From positions 18,166,001-18,230,000 of the forward strand of contig CM120641.1 in the NCBI GenBank assembly GCA_051362555.1: a stretch of DNA of 64,000 bases. The letters run 5' to 3'. The translations under genes were made by a program, and so were the position numbers. The stretch is from Lingula anatina. Its lineage: Eukaryota > Animalia > Brachiopoda. Below the pieces are notes generated by a model, which saw nothing but the letters and a program-made list of their open reading frames with translations, did no database searches and was not told where the DNA came from. How positions within the stretch are numbered: the first letter of the stretch is position 1; the number at the start of each line of letters is the position of its first letter. Shown here one piece after another: positions 63,851 to 64,000 of this stretch.

Positions 63851-64000
63851 GTGAGATTCTTATGCTTTACCAGACACTATTTTTTTTCTCTATGAAAATA
63901 AATGACTTGAATATTAATGGGCTCAGTTTTTAATTGGTTATCTCAATTCAAATGCGACGTGGTATGTAAGTTGTCTTGCATCGTGCCCTGATTAGAATAA

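Overview
AT-rich eukaryotic (invertebrate, probably lophotrochozoan/mollusc-like; taxon inferred) genomic DNA with spliceosomal introns, so most entries in the ORF track are spurious or single exons. Hand-spliced genes: (1) pyruvate carboxylase, + strand, 19 exons at 2527-16468, 5' end upstream of the window; (2) an intronless FMRFamide-receptor-like class A GPCR nested antisense in a PC intron, with a 1-nt frameshift just before TM7; (3) an intronless 631-aa two-Ig type I membrane protein whose tyrosine-motif tail is tandemly duplicated; (4) a 93-aa secreted six-cysteine eclosion-hormone-like precursor on the minus strand that the ORF track does not assemble; (5) DTD1 on the minus strand, head-to-head with (6) CFAP70, which runs off the 3' end. 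Repeats include a 2.7-kb Helentron-associated (HINE-like) element carrying a ~145-bp satellite, Harbinger-like MITEs and mini/microsatellites. The most interesting signals are splicing-related (candidate frame-preserving microexons in PC and CFAP70, a TGCATG cluster, a GC-AG intron, a minisatellite made from a splice donor, a candidate recursive splice site) plus the EH-like peptide and the Ig receptor. All splice models were read by eye and lack transcript support.
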